A stretch of DNA of 64,000 nucleotides. Source: Felis catus. Its lineage: Eukaryota. Position numbers and translations under genes: made by a program. The notes beneath the pieces are model-generated. The model made no database searches and was not told where the DNA came from. It saw nothing but the letters and a program-made list of their open reading frames with translations. Positions within the stretch are counted from its first letter, which is position 1, and each line of letters begins with the position of its first letter. The DNA is taken from positions 119,166,001 through 119,230,000 of the forward strand of contig NC_058368.1 in assembly GCF_018350175.1 (NCBI RefSeq), in the 5' to 3' direction. Below, piece after piece: positions 1 through 14,070 of this stretch.

Positions 1-2849
1 GGGAGGCAGTAAGTGGTTGCAGAAAACAGTTTTATAGTTCTAAGGGTTTTCTAACATGTCAAAGTTTCGCAGAAAGTTTTGCTAGTTTAGGACTTCTTTA
101 CTGATTATCAGAAATATTTACTCATCTCTTTCCTAAGAGCCCATGTTCAATAAGCTCTGAGCTAAGGGGAGTTCCTTCTTCTCTGACATGGTGGGTTTTG
201 ACCCAAGAACCTGAGAGAGCATCCTGGAGGATTCAAACCCTAATAGATCCCCGCTGGTTCCCTGGAGCTGTGTTTCCATGACTCCCAAATACCCAACTGA
301 AAAGCTAATTATTGCTTAACAAATGGCTTGTACTAGCTACAAATAAAGGGTTTATTTTGGGGGGTCTAAGTCAGCTATTTCACCTAAGTGGCACTGTTTA
401 AAGGCAGCCTGTTTTGTAACCAGAAGCATTGTAGTTTCAGCTTTCCCAGAGTCCTATCAGGACTGAAAAATGTGCTTTCTAAACCACTAAGTGCCATATT
501 TAACCTTTAGATGATGGAGCCAACCTTACTGTTTTCCCAATTTTGTTCAGAAGGACTTTTGGAAGGGAGCAGAGGGTTAGAGGGAGAATTCCCATCTCTC
601 TGTATCTCCTGAGCTCCTGAATTCTCAGCCACAGAGGGCTTGGGCTTTCAATGGCACGCCTCCCTCCAGCAGGCAGGATGTGGGTGAATGCGAATCTATA
701 CCGCGGTGACTCAATACGGCCCATTAAGAACTCAGTGGCCTTGGTTTTATCAGATGAGGAAGAATTGAACATCTTTCTGGCTTCTGTCACACAAAACTGT
801 ATTCCCTTTCACACTTCAGTGTTTCCGTGCTTTGTCTGACTCACTACTCCACATCCTTTCTGGCTACACTTAAAGGAGGTTCTAAAACCCCCTTTCTTCA
901 AAGTTCGAGTTATGGTTGGGAGGAGCAATTAAACAATACTCACTGACCTTAAAAATGTGTAAATCATGAGCCCCAGCAACTGTAATTTAGGAATTTATAC
1001 ATAAGATAGACCTATATTGTCTGGCATTGGAACACATCCATATTAAAATAACAAGTGACAGTACATTTATAAAATGATTTTATTTATGTAAAAAAGTATA
1101 TAAATACATCTGCCTGTGTATTCATTAAAGCTTTCTTAGGAGAGATATAAGGGACTGATAAGCATAGTTATTGAGGGACGGAAGATGGAGGCAAATTTTT
1201 ACCTCTCACTTCACATGCTTATGCCATGTTCATGGATTAATCTTTGCCATATATAAATTAAACCTAGCAAAATTTAACAGAATATTCAGGATCCACTAAT
1301 GCTCCCTTACAAAACAACAGAATGAAGACAGAGTACTGAGGATATTCTAGTTTAAGTTATAAAAACCAACTCAAATTATACACAAAGGAATATTTTTATG
1401 AGAGAATCTTATCTTATGGAACCTGGTGGCAAGAAGCACAGCCTGGCCTCAGAAATACCTAAAAATGGCCAACTATTGGGAACTCAGGCCATGGCCTTTC
1501 TCCAGCTCTTTCTCTGCTTCTTTCCACATTTCTATCTCAGTCTTACTCTCCACAGACTTGTTTTTCTACTTCCAGTCCTCATGGCAAACCTGGTGGCTCA
1601 TGGCTCTCAGACTTGAACATTAGAAGACTAGTCAAGTGGAGAGACTAACTCTCTTTCCCTTAATCCTAATTTCAAACTCTTTGGCTCAGCTAGTGCCCAG
1701 TGTCCAGGCCCTTTTCCAGTCAACAGTGACCAGTGGGATGGGGTCTTGTGGTAGCAGCTGATTGCTGCAGATCCATTCAGGCTGGGGGTTAAGAAAGTTA
1801 CTGTGGGAAGACAGTCCAGAAATAATTCCAAAAAAGACTATCAGATATTTTTCAAGGTCGGAGGACTGCGTCCTTAGGTTACAGATGGTGTTATTTTTAG
1901 TGCCAAGTCATTAATTCACTTTTTTTTTTGTCATGGCCCTGATTTACTTTGCTATGAAAGTTCACAGTGAGGAACTTGTAGTACAGAAATATTGGTTACA
2001 AAAAAAAAACATTTTGAGGGTATAAAGTACTGACTTTAGATACATGTAGTTGCTTGGTGCCAACAGCTAATCAGATCACATAGGCTGGAGTCACTTAGAG
2101 TCACCTAGTGACTGAGATAACTCAACCTTCATATAGTGGGCAGTGTTTAAATTATGAGAGAGGAACCCTTTATATCACCAGAAGATATCCCTTCTCAGCC
2201 TTCAATCAACTGACATACCAGAAAATGACTGAAGGATTACTCAAATGTATTTTTAAGATACATCAGATGTAAAATGAGAGAATGTTAAGTATCCTACATA
2301 GAAGTTGTATGTTTGTATCTATTCACCCATCCATCCAGCTAATGTTTATGGAATATCTACTATAGGTCAAGTACTCTGCTAGGCAAGGATTAAAGGATAT
2401 GATAGTACTCCTGTGCTCTCAAAACATTTAGTCTAGAAGAGGAAACATTCATGGAAATGAAAAATAGCAATTTGTGTAAATTATTATTTCCTCCACCTGG
2501 GGAAAGGTGGAAGGATGAGATTTGAATGGGGCAGAGAATACCTTTGCCTTTATGAATGGGCGAGGAAGAAAGGGTGAGTGCAGTCTCAGGGAATGTGAAG
2601 GTTCACAATTTCTTACAAATGCCCAGATGAAGGAATTGTCCTCAAATTTGGGTTTTCTGTACATCTGTCTTTGAGCTTCAAAATGGTCTGTCATTTCTAC
2701 ATTAAAAGAGCTTGCTTATTTAATCCCTCGGAGTACTAAGTCCCGTGATGTCAATGTTCCTCTTGTTAGTGCCACACTTACTACACTTTTACCATGTGAA
2801 CATCATAGGTGCTCACTAAGTGTCTCTGAAAGAAAACTATCTATCGTAT

Positions 2850-4737
2850 GAGAACACACTAAGTGCCCAGATTGTAAGTGTACAGCATGATGAATTTTCA
2901 TAACGGGAACACTGCCACCAAGAACAGGGAAGAATATTTTATTAGCAGGCCAGAGGACACTTATAGCCCCTCTTAATCACTACCCTTCAAAGGGTAAGCA
3001 CTGCCCTGACTTTAGTCACCATTGATTAGTATTGCCAGATTTTGGACTTTATGTAGATGGAATTAGATAGTATGTATTTACTGCCTCTGGTCTCTTGCTC
3101 AATGTTATGCTTGAGAGATTCGTCCATATCCTTGCATTTAGTTAAAATCTGTTCATTATCTTGCTATATAGCATTACATGGATACAACACAATTTATTCA
3201 TTCTCTCACTAATAGATATTTGGGTTTGGGGCTCTGAGAAGTAATGTTGTTATTAATGTTCTTGACTATATTTTTGGGGGTACATGCACACATTCCTGTT
3301 GGGAATATACCTAGAAATGCGATTGGTAGGTTGTGAGTAAATTCCCAAAGTATAGTTCGGCATTAGTAGGAGCTACCAAAGTTTACCAAATGGTTATACC
3401 AATTTACAGTTCTCTTAGCACTGTAAGAGTTTCAGTTTCTCTTCATGCTTGCCAGCAACATGGAATTATCAGTCACTTAAATCGTAGCCATTCTGGTGGG
3501 TCTGTATTGATATCTCATTGCAGTTTTAATTTGCATTTCTCTGATAACTAATGTTGTTGATCACCTATTCCTGCTTTTGGTAATATAAATATCTTCTTTT
3601 GTGAAGTGCCCTTTACATCTTTTGCCCATTTCCCCCTTTTATTGGGTTATTGGTCCTTTTTCCCTTTCCAGGATTTCCGTATGTGTTTTGGATATGAATG
3701 CTTTGTTCAAATAGTATAGGTACTGCAAATATATTCTCCCATTCTCTGGCCTGCCTTTTTGCTCTCTTAAAGACAGTTTTTGATAAATATAACTTATTTT
3801 GATGTGATCCAATTAATCAATCGTTTCTTTTATAATACTTTTTTTGAAGTTTATTTATTTATTTTGAGAGAGACACAGACAGCGTGAGCAGGGGAGTGGT
3901 AGACAGTGAGGGAGACAGAGAATCCCAAACAGGCTCCACACCATCAGCACAGAGCCCAATGTGGGGTTCGAACTCATGAAACCATGAGATCATGACCAAG
4001 CTGAAACCAAGAGTCAGATGCTTACCTGACTAAGCTACACAGGTGCCCCCTCTTTTATGATACTTTAATGCTTTTTGCTTAAAAATCTTTGACTACCTCA
4101 AGATCATGAAGATATTCTCCACTGTTTTCTTACAGATACTTTATTGTTTTGTCTCTCACACTTACATTGAAAATATAACTGGATTAATTTTGTGTATGCT
4201 GTGACCAAAATTCAATAGCTAACTGTCCTAGCACTATGAAAAGGCCCCTTGTCATAATTCAAGTGATTATATATGCATGGATATATCTATTCCTGTATTC
4301 TCCATTCTCTTCCACTGTTTGTCTAGCCTAATACCAACACAACAGTTTTAATTATTGTAGCTTTCCAATGAATCTTGATTTCCAACTTTGTTCTTCTTCA
4401 GGGCTACTTTGGCATTCTTTGCCTTTTACATTCCATTTCAATTTCAGGAAATCTCTGGCAAGGAAAATCTTTTGGAATTTTGGTTGGGATTGACTAACTC
4501 AAGGCTAGCCACTGAATCAATAGATCCATTGGGAAAGAACTGACATTATTTATATTTTGAATACTCCAATCACAGAACATGGAATATCTCTTCCTTTCTG
4601 TAACATCATCTCCACTTTCTGCTAATAATGTTTTGGAGGGCTTTTTTGTGTGCAGGTTTTACCCAACTTTTGTTAACTTTCTTTGCTTTGGTATTTGATG
4701 TTTTGTTTGCTGCTACTGTAAATGTTATTGCTTTTTG
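2850..4737 (-). mobile_element. Old L1M (L1MB/MC-like) 3' region, interrupted by a SINE
   Basis: Antisense L1 3'/ORF2 motifs, e.g. gtgtacagcatgatgaattttca, cattgcagttttaatttgcatttctctgataactaatg, ttttggttgggattg. Confidence 0.8.
3839..4049 (-). mobile_element. CAN-SINE (SINEC)
   Basis: Reverse poly-A, (GA)n and tRNA-derived head ending aggtgcccc. Confidence 0.95.
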
Positions 4738-5476
4738 TTTTAACCTAATGCTACATTTATTTACTATTACCGAATGGTGCAGGGCATGTGATACAGGAGT
4801 AGAGCATCTTCAATTTGTTGGAATGCTCGGCAGCTGCCCAGGTACCCTTACCTACGTGGAGTGTGTATGTATATTATGGGTGATTTCCCACCAATCTTTT
4901 TTCCCCAGCTGTACTGAGGTACAATTGACAATAAAAAGCTACATGTATTTAAGGTGTACAACCTGATGACCTCTGAAATTCACCTATTTTGTGAAATATT
5001 CATTGTGAAATATTCACCTGTAGTCATAATAGCCAAGACAAAGAAACAAGCTACATGTTAATGCACAGATGAATAGATAATGAAAATGTGAGAGACACAC
5101 ACAATGAAATATTATTCAGCCTTAAAAAGAAGGAAGTCTTCCCGCCACTTGTGATAACATGGATGAATGAAACTTGAGGACATTATGCTAGGTGATATAA
5201 ACCACTCAGAGAAAGACAAATACTGTATGATCTTATCTGTACATGGAATCTAAATTAGTCAAATGTATAGAAATAGGGAGTAGAACAGCGGTTGCCAGGG
5301 GCTGGGGAAGGGGGAAATGGGGAAACTTTGGTCAAGATGTACACATTTTCAGCTGTGCAAGATGATTAAGTTCTGGAGAACTGGTCTACAGCAATGTGAA
5401 TATACTGTACTACATACTTGAAATTTGCTGAGAGAATAGATCTTAAGTATTCTCAACACGAAGAGAAAAAAAAAAG
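4738..5476 (-). mobile_element. L1MA 3' insertion with inverted 5' segment and 3' transduced flank
   Basis: L1MA terminus on - strand at 4897-4990; L1MA body on + strand at ~5015-5476; 19/20 TSD gtaaatgYtattgctttttg at 4718-4737 and 5477-5496. Confidence 0.8.
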
Positions 5477-5756
5477 GTAAATGCTATTGCTTTTTGAGTT
5501 TTCTACTTGTTTTTTGTTGGTTTAACAAATATTTAATTGAAACATCAAAACAACTCATCAATTCAATTGAGGAAAGGTGGAACCAGTTATTTGGTACAAC
5601 TTAGACAAGAATCAAGTGGTTGACATTCTTTCCACCATTCTGAGAGCAGAATACAGAAAAGTAAGTATGTGAGGTGGGTATTACTCAGAAAGAGAAAGAG
5701 GTGGAACCGGGAGAAGACAGGCATCCAACCTCCCCTACAGTTCTAATTGTTAGACC

Positions 5757-6180
5757 AGGGGTTTTCATTTGTTGAACCATCTGGCTCACAGATGTGATTT
5801 GATTATCACATGGATTTTTAAAATAACTTGAGTCAACATGTATAATTGGGAGGTTAAAAAACTAGGGGCGCCTGGGTGGCTCAGTTGGTTAAGCATCCAA
5901 CTTCAGCTCAGGTCATGATCTCGCAATTAGTTCCAGCCCCGCATCAGGCTCTGGGCTGACAGCTCAGAGCCTGGAGCCTGCTTCAGATTCTGTGTCTCCC
6001 CCTCTCTCTGCCCCTTCCCCACTCACACTCTGTCTCTCTTTCTTTCAAAAATAAATAAGCATTAAAAAAAGGGTTAAAAAAACATATGGCCTTCTAGATT
6101 TTCTTCAAAAACTGGAAATCTGATGTATCAGGCTTCAATTTCTGTATGGCCACAAACAGTTGAAGGTGAGTTGAGCAGAG
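5757..6180. mobile_element. hAT-Charlie MER102-like remnant split by a SINE
   Basis: ttcttcaaaaactggaaatctgatgtatcagg...ctgtatggccacaaacagttg resembles MER102 as I recall it. Confidence 0.45.
5865..6070 (+). mobile_element. CAN-SINE
   Basis: ggggcgcctgggtggctcag head, CT-rich tract, A tail, flanking ggttaaaaaa repeat. Confidence 0.95.
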
Positions 6181-7004
6181 ATGTTCTGGGTCTCCAGACT
6201 TAGTGTCTTCTGAAGTGGACTCAGTTAGTTCCCAGATTAGCTTTGTTTTCAAAATTCCCTTTATATCAAAGCTGTTGAAACCTAATGCTTCTGCGTTCTC
6301 ATCTCCCATTTCTCTCTTCATTCTCCTTTAAGTAGCTTTTGTCCCCAACAACTCTACTGAATTTTCTCTTTTCAATATCTTTGCCTACTGGAATTTTGCC
6401 AAATCCAGAGGCCAATTCTTTTCCTTACCTGTGGTTGGTCTCTTGCTATAGCCGTTGCCCCCAGTGCCCATGCCCTTCTTCTTGAAGCCACGATCTTGAA
6501 AGCTTTCATGACGTAGAGCTCTTCTTGTGTTCCTTCTGTCATGCAAGGTGCTCCTTAGTCTCTTACCCTTGTTTCTATTGCTCTGTCAGATTCTAAACAT
6601 GTTCCACTGCTCTGTACTCAGCTTTCCTATCTTCTCTATCTACCTTCTGTCTAGATGAGCTTATCCAGGAGCACAGAGTCTTCATCATGATGACTCCTCC
6701 ATCCCCAGGGGGTCATCCCCCTATGAAAATGCCTCACACAGGAAAGGAGCTTGGTAAATGTTGGTTGAATGAATAAGTGCAGACATTGGCAATGAGGGTT
6801 TCCGATGATTCTTGCTTTCCAATATGCTCAAGCTTCCCCCTATCCCCAGATTCTCACTGTTGACAAACAAGCTGATTAGATAGAATTGAGGACATATAGC
6901 AGTAATTCAAAAATTAATTAACTGAACAAATACTCTTTGGGAATAAAGAAATGCAGAAAGTGAAAGTTTTGTGTTGTGTTTCATACATACAGTTATGCCA
7001 ATTT

Positions 7005-7224
7005 TTTTTTAATTTTTTTTTCAACGTTTATTTATTTTTGGGACAGAGAGAGACAGAGCATGAATGGGGGAGGGGCAGAGAGAGAGGGAGACACAGAATC
7101 GGAAACAGGCTCCAGGCTCTGAGCCATCAGCCCAGAGCCTGACGCGGGGCTTGAACTCACGGACCGTGAGATCGTGACCTGGCTGAAGTCAGACGCTTAA
7201 CCGACTGCGCCACCCAGGCACCCC
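7005..7224 (-). mobile_element. Young SINEC_Fc-type SINE
   Basis: Near-consensus and CpG-rich; perfect TSD cagttatgccaattt at 6990-7004 and 7225-7239. Confidence 0.97.
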
Positions 7225-10197
7225 CAGTTATGCCAATTTAAAGAAATGTAAAAAAAATATGATATTACAATGCAAAAAAGGCAAATGAAATCTGGATCCT
7301 TTGCATCAGAGGTGGCTCGGTGAGTCTCCTAATGGCATTGGGATGATGTAACTTAATCAGATGTCTTCTTTCCTAACTTTTCATAGAAAGCACTCATGAC
7401 ATTTTTATTGTTTATCAAATTAAATCTTATTTCACTATGAATAATTGCTACACTGAAAAACAAGTTTAAATTATATCCTTTACCACTGCCAAAATTTGGA
7501 AAAAGATCTTTTGATCACTGTTGTAGTGTTGGCTCTATTGTTTATCATTTAGTTTGCTGCAGATTCCAGAATTTTATTCATTTCTGCATCAATGGCCATA
7601 AAGGACTGATTTTTACCTTTGCCAAGTGTTCCAATAAGACTCCTTTCCAAAGGTAAATAACTATATTAAAGATAAATGTCACAAGAAAGGTATCATCTCT
7701 ATGTGCATACATTAAAATACAGAGTAAACTGTGTAACCTTCACCGTAGGCATAATGCTGTGCTTCATGGTATATATTGACTGGTGTTAAAACTCAGAAGG
7801 CAGGGAAATTCTTTTTTTCTGCCAGTCCTTCCTTAGCTGTCATTTCCTACCTGTAGGTGGACATTTTCCTTTCTGAAGATGCAAATACTCACTTTGCTAA
7901 CTATGTTTAGATGAGCTGTTTTATCTCAGCCAAAAAGCTTCTTTCCATGTGTGTATGGAGCTTTCTAAACAAGATTCACACAAACCATGCCTGAATCTTT
8001 TAGAGTTGCTGAAAGAGTAAGATAAAGTCTGCTTATTTTAGGGAGCAAACCCAGCATATAAAGGAAAGGCTGCGAGGACTTTAACAAGGTTGGATGGCTT
8101 CTTGCTGGATATAATCCTCTGAGCTATTTTATAAAGATGATTAATTACAGCAAGTGCCTAATCACACAAGTATCAGAGCCCAGCTGTCTGAGAGTGAAAG
8201 CTAGAGGGATATTAGTCAGCTCTAGATGAAATCCGATATCCAGGGCAAGAAATATTCTCTATCCTCTCCTCTCTCACCTTCCACCTGTGCTTTTGATCCG
8301 AAGCTCCTAATAATTCTTGCTCTCCAGGTTGTCAAGTTGCCCCCTACTCCTGGATTCTTTCTCCCTGCTGGAAAGTGAGCTCAAATCACTGCTTTATCTA
8401 CGTAGTAATGAGGGTATATGACATCAATTCAACAATGAATGCATTTAACAAATATTTATTGAGCAGTGGCCAGGGATAATTCTAGGCTTTGCAGACACAG
8501 AGGTGGACAAAACAGTCAAAATGCTGTTCTCCAGGAATTTACATTCTAGGGTGGAAGGAGAAGACGATAAACAAATCAATGAACAAGACCATGTCAGTGT
8601 CAAGCACTATAGTCAAGTGTCAAGCACTAAATAGGAAATAAGAGGGGTTGATATATATTGAGGGGGCTTGGAGGAGACCTCCTAGAAGAGCTGGAGAACT
8701 TAGAATGAAGGTGCGACCAGCTACACAACATCTGTCTCCCTCCATCTCCATTTTTGGTAGCATCTCTATCTGTTCAGGACCTACCTTCCAGAAGTGTGGC
8801 TGGATTGATTGGAACTTGAATCTCTGCTTCCCACTCCTTCCTTTCCCTTTACAGGCTGACGTCACTGAAGTCCCTCCAAGGTATTCTCACAACTGTTACT
8901 GAAGCATGCTCTTTGTGCCTAGGCACTGATCTAAGCCCTGTTCTCGAATTCTCCCAACAGTAGAACGTGGCATGTCCTGTTATCACTCTTGTGTTTCACT
9001 TTATGTACGGGCCCAGACACATTGCATAACTTGCTCAAGGCTCATAGCTGGTAAGTAGAGGAAAGTGCACTCTTTATCACAGGTCGGAACAGCCTTTTAC
9101 ACCTCACCACTTTACAGGAAGTGTGGCCCTGGTGCTCGCCCCAGGTCCCACAGCTAGATAACAATCCCTCTACCAAGTTTTGCCCTAAACTCCTACCCAA
9201 CCCTCACCCCTGAGGTACTGGCAACCTTGTGCCCCACTGTTACCTGCACACACTCTTTTCCCTATTGCCCGCACCCTTTCATTAACCTTATCTGCTTGTG
9301 TTGGGTCCCTGTAGGTGAGGCTGCCCCCCCCCCCCACCACCACAGGCACACCTAGTATACCTGACACCCTGCGGAGATCACCCTGGAAAACCTCTTCCTC
9401 CTCAATATGACTGCCTATTTTCAGTAATAATCATGAAATAAAATGAATAACAGTGGCCAGAAGAGAAATGCAGAAGGCACACATTTTCTGTTATTGTGTT
9501 TTATGTATAATAGAGTGTTATACATAAAGCAGTTAAAAATATAAAAATTATAGTATTGCAATGCACAGAAAGGTAAATGGACTAATGCATTTTAATTACA
9601 TCAGTGTACTTTTTGAAGAAAAGGAAAACTCATACCTACTAATGGGCCTGCCACAGAAACAAATGTAAGTATTACAGTTTGTTTCCTTGTATTACAGTCA
9701 GATATTACATCCATCCATGGATGGATAAGCAGATCTGCCGATCTAACTTCTCTTACGGTTGATTAAAGAACACACTACAAATTTTTAATTTTGAAAAGTT
9801 ACTTTTGTATGAAACAGATATGGAGAAAAATTCTGAAACCTATTTGTCAGACATTCATAAAAATCCTACTTTATCACAAACTTCAGAAATTGCAATAATG
9901 TCCATGTCTTTGTTTATTTGGGATCAGTTCTAGCAGCCTCCAAATGGTTCTCCCGTCAAATAATTTTAAATACAAAAAAAAAAATGTCATGTGTTTACAG
10001 AGACTGGCAGAGCTGAAAAAACTCAAATTGTATTTCTCTGTTTTTATGATCACTGTATTATCATTTACAATTTTTCTAACTTCTGTTTAAACTAAGGAAT
10101 ATGTGGTAGCAAGAGTTTGGAGACACGCTGCTGCACTTGAAGCACATTCAAATAATTCTAAGCTGTTACAAACTTACATTAGAGGAGAATGCAGGCC

Positions 10198-10685
10198 ATG
10201 CACCCCATGTTTATAGCAGCACTCTCCACAATAGCCAAAGTATGCAAAGAGCCCACATGTCCATCGATGGATGAATGGATAAAGAGGATGGGGTATATAT
10301 ATACAATGAAGTATTACTCAGCAATAAAAAAGAATGAAATCTTGCCATTTGCACCTACGTGGATGGAACTAGAGGGTATTATAAGCGAAATTAGTCAGAG
10401 AAAGACAAAAATCATATGGCTTCACTCATATGAGGACTTTAAGAGACAAAACAGATGAACATAAGGTAAGGGAAACAAAAATAATATAAAAACAGGGAGG
10501 GGGATAAAACATAAGAGACTCTTCAATATGGAGAACAAACAGAAGGTTACTGGAAGCGTTGTGGGAGAGGGGATGGGCTAAATGGGTAAGGGGCACTAAG
10601 GAATCTACTCCTGAAATCATTGTTGCACTATATGCTAACTAACTTGGATGTAAATTTAAAAAATAAAATTTAAATTTAAAAAAAG
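10198..10685 (+). mobile_element. Carnivore/felid L1 3' end (ORF2 C-terminus, 3'UTR, polyA)
   Basis: ORF 10189-10458 reads PMFIAALSTIAK..CPSMDEWIK..YYSAIKKNEILPFA (L1 ORF2 C-terminus); imperfect TSD aga.gaga.tgcaggc. Confidence 0.95.
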
Positions 10686-11706
10686 AAGAGAGTGCAGGCA
10701 GCAATTTTATACTTGGGAATTCTCTGAATTAGCTCCCATGTATGATACAAAGGCATTCATTAAAGATAAGAAGTCAAAGTCTGCTAATGTGAATCTTAGA
10801 CATATATTATCAAAACTGGACAGTAAGTGCAACAGTTGACTACAATTTAGATCAACAAGAGATTTGGGGGGAAAAGACGATTTTCTCACTGGCATTGTGT
10901 AGAATTACCAGGGAATGGTGATAATAAAAGGCAATGAAATTTTATTTGGTTACTTTATTTTTAAATTCTCTGTAGACAGTGCTTGCTCTCCCTCCCGCTT
11001 GGTGTGTGCTGTGGGGCTGCTTCTGACTGACCTTTTCATTCTGGGGCCCTGGTACCACTCTCTGCAGCACTTGGACTGGATGAGCACTGGCCTTAAAGCT
11101 CTCTCATCCTTTTCGCTTCCCCTTTGGTTCCAGACTTTCCTCCTCCCTGTGTGCCTGACACTTGCTCCAGCGATCTGCCTCCTTTCTCTGCACTCATCTC
11201 TTACCCTGGCGTCTAAGTCTAGCCATGCACAAAGACTCTCAAATCTCTGTCCATAGCCCTGCCTGGTCTTTTTCTGATTTGCTACAGTATGGCAGAATTT
11301 CCAAAGACTGATATTGCCGAGTATTGTAATCAAAAGGACTTGTAAGAATGGTGATTTTTTTTTCCCTCAGACAGTGTGGTTAGAATTACAGTCCAGCAGT
11401 AATTCTGAAAGCGCTGGGGTTTATGGGTGAAACATTCTTGAATTTGTAGGCCACTGGAATAGACAACTCAAAACTACTCAAAATACTCAGAATAGTCACA
11501 AACGAACCAAACAAGCTGAATGTGCACTGTTCTTGGCCCTGGAACAAGGGACAGTGAATAAGGGGTGGAGGTATAGCCACCCTCCTTCCCAAGAGAGCCA
11601 TGGCTAATCAATCCTTCCCCAATGATTTCAGTCTTCCTCAGAAGCATTCTCAGTGCAGAATGCCTGGTATTTGCTACCCAGTGATCAGAATTAAAATAAG
11701 AGAAGA

Positions 11707-11930
11707 GGGGCACCTGGGTGGCTCCATCGGTTAAGTATGACTTTGACTAAGGTCATAATCTCACAGTTAGTGGGTTTGAGCCCCGTGTCCGGCTCTGTGC
11801 TGGCAGCTTAGAGCCTGGAGCCTGCTTCAGATTCTGTGTCTCACTCTCTCTCTGTCCCTCCCCTGCTCATGCTCTTTCTCCCAAAAATAAAAATAAACAT
11901 TAAAGATTTAAAAAATAAATAAATAAAATA
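11707..11930 (+). mobile_element. CAN-SINE
   Basis: Typical head and tail; TSD aaaataagagaaga. Confidence 0.95.
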
Positions 11931-12199
11931 AGAGAAGAAAACTATCTGCAGTGGGATTAAGTGCCAGGGATATGCTAGGCACCGGGAATCTACAGGTCAG
12001 TATGACTGGGTCCCCAGCCTAGAAGACCAGAAGGGCGAGACAAATGGAGAAGAGCAGTACAGCTGTGCAAATGGTAGGAAAGGAGTGTGTTCAGGGAGCA
12101 GGAGAGGCACAGAATTGCCAGTCTCACTAAAGTGGGGTTCAGGTGGGTGACATGAGAAGAGATTCAAATGGTGGGCTAGTTGCTTCTCCTCCCAGGACC

Positions 12200-12355
12200 T
12201 CAGTTTACTACTGTGTGGCCTTGGACAGGTTACTTAATGTCTCTGAGCCTCCATTTCCTCACCTCTAAAATAGGGGGTGATAAAGCCACCTACTCCATAG
12301 GGCTGTTGTGAGGAGCGAATGAATTAATCTATGTAAAGTGTTTAGAGTGCCTGGT
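12200..12355 (+). mobile_element. MIR
   Basis: Core ctgtgtggccttggacaggttacttaatgtctctgagcctccatttcctcacctctaaaatagggg. Confidence 0.85.
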
Positions 12356-13849
12356 TATCTCCTGATGTTATCTCTTAATTCCTTTAGAGGCTAAAAGTCC
12401 AAGGACTTCTGATTTCATGGGGATGTCTAATGGTTTCACGGAGAAGCAAAGATGAACTTTGGGCCAACTCATCTCAAACTGGGTACAGAAGATACCCTCC
12501 TGTGGCTTGCTGGAGCTGTTCTTGCTCTGCACACCGGCAACCTTCCTTTTTATTTCTCTCTGGGACAGCCATTAAGTGAACACACTGGTTGTTAGTTCCA
12601 GTGGGACAGCAGGAGCTGCTGGGCAGACGGTCAATTCAGATTGTGGGGTTACTCAGGGGAGATCTGGGGCTGTGCTCACCTCTGGCAGAGGGGGAGGGGA
12701 GGTGGCTGCTGGGAACACGGGGCACGCAACTGGGAATGAGACAAGATAGGAACACAGATCAGCCAGATAGATTTAATTATTCAGTACGTGATATATCGTA
12801 GTGCAAATAAGTCTCTGTTTGGAAGGAATAAAAGAAAAGCCAAACAATCAGTGATGAAAGATGTAGCAAAAGAAAAAAAAAAAACACCAAGATTAAAATA
12901 TTCCTCCCTAAGACTGAGCCACAGTAGAAATGTGTTTCTGATTAGCACCCAAAGAAAACAGCCAGATGGAAAGCCAAAACTGATACTTAAGGAAGATTTT
13001 GGGTGGGGAGTTTGATTTTCAAGTCATTTGGATTGGTTTGACCCATAATGTTGATTTTACTTTAGGGTGAGCAGATACTTTCCACTGGGAAGTGAGGGGA
13101 AGGATGAATCGAAGACTTGCCAGGATCATGTTCCCTGAGGGGGAAGAAGAGCAGACAGAAAAGGTGTATTTAAAAGACAGGCAGCAGAGAAAGTATGGAG
13201 GGAATACCAGGTGGCTTCAGGAAGAGGGGTGGACAAGCCCGCTCCGTTCTTGGTTTCCTCCTTTAGGAGACCATCACGGAAACTGGGCTAGGACTTCAAA
13301 TTAGCCTAAGTGGGCAGATGATAGAAACTGAAGCTTTAGGCTCTGAAATCTACCCAGCCACCCACATTTAGAATAAGCCCTGCCGTTTCTTTTGAAATCT
13401 GTATTATTATCTGCCTTTCAGTGAACAAACAGGCGTGTTCACAAAACACAGCCCAAGTCATTTGTATGCACAATGGGAGTGTAGTTACTTTTTTCACGTT
13501 TGGACTTTTGCTTCCCTGTCTTTCCTCTTACGTGTGTTTGCTTAGAGGTAAAAGGAGAAGACAATTCAATGCTCACTTCAATGCAAAGACTCTGATTTCA
13601 CCATTGGATCTTTTATTTTTCACCTCTGGGGCTGTCCTTCGATCTACCAGTTGAAAAATGAAATTGTACCTGTGTCTAATTGAGAACAATTTAATATGCA
13701 CAAAAGGAAAGAAAAGGGTATTATTAGGTCTCTGTATTCTCATAAAAGAACCCAGACAGGCTGATGCATATGAATTTACATCAATATACATGGTGTTTTT
13801 TTTACCTTCATTTTTTTTCTATGCTCCTCTGCATTAATAAAAGCTGACG

Positions 13850-14070
13850 CACACTGAGTTGATTACTGTGTCAGACATCATTCTAGGTGCCTGATAGTAT
13901 CGACTGGCTCTATCTTCATAGCAACCTCAGGAACCAGGTTCTATTATCATCTCTATTTTACAGATGAGGAGACTGAGGTCTAGCAAGTTTGACTGATGAA
14001 GGTTAATGACGCAGCTAGTAAGAGAAGGGGCAATGCTCAAACTCTGGCAATCTGCCTCCAGATTCTCCCC
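13850..14070 (-). mobile_element. MIR
   Basis: ctattatcatctctattttacagatgaggagactgagg core. Confidence 0.85.

Noticed and set aside
10189..10458. 89-aa ORF as a gene
   Set aside because: It is the L1 ORF2 C-terminus of a 5'-truncated insertion.
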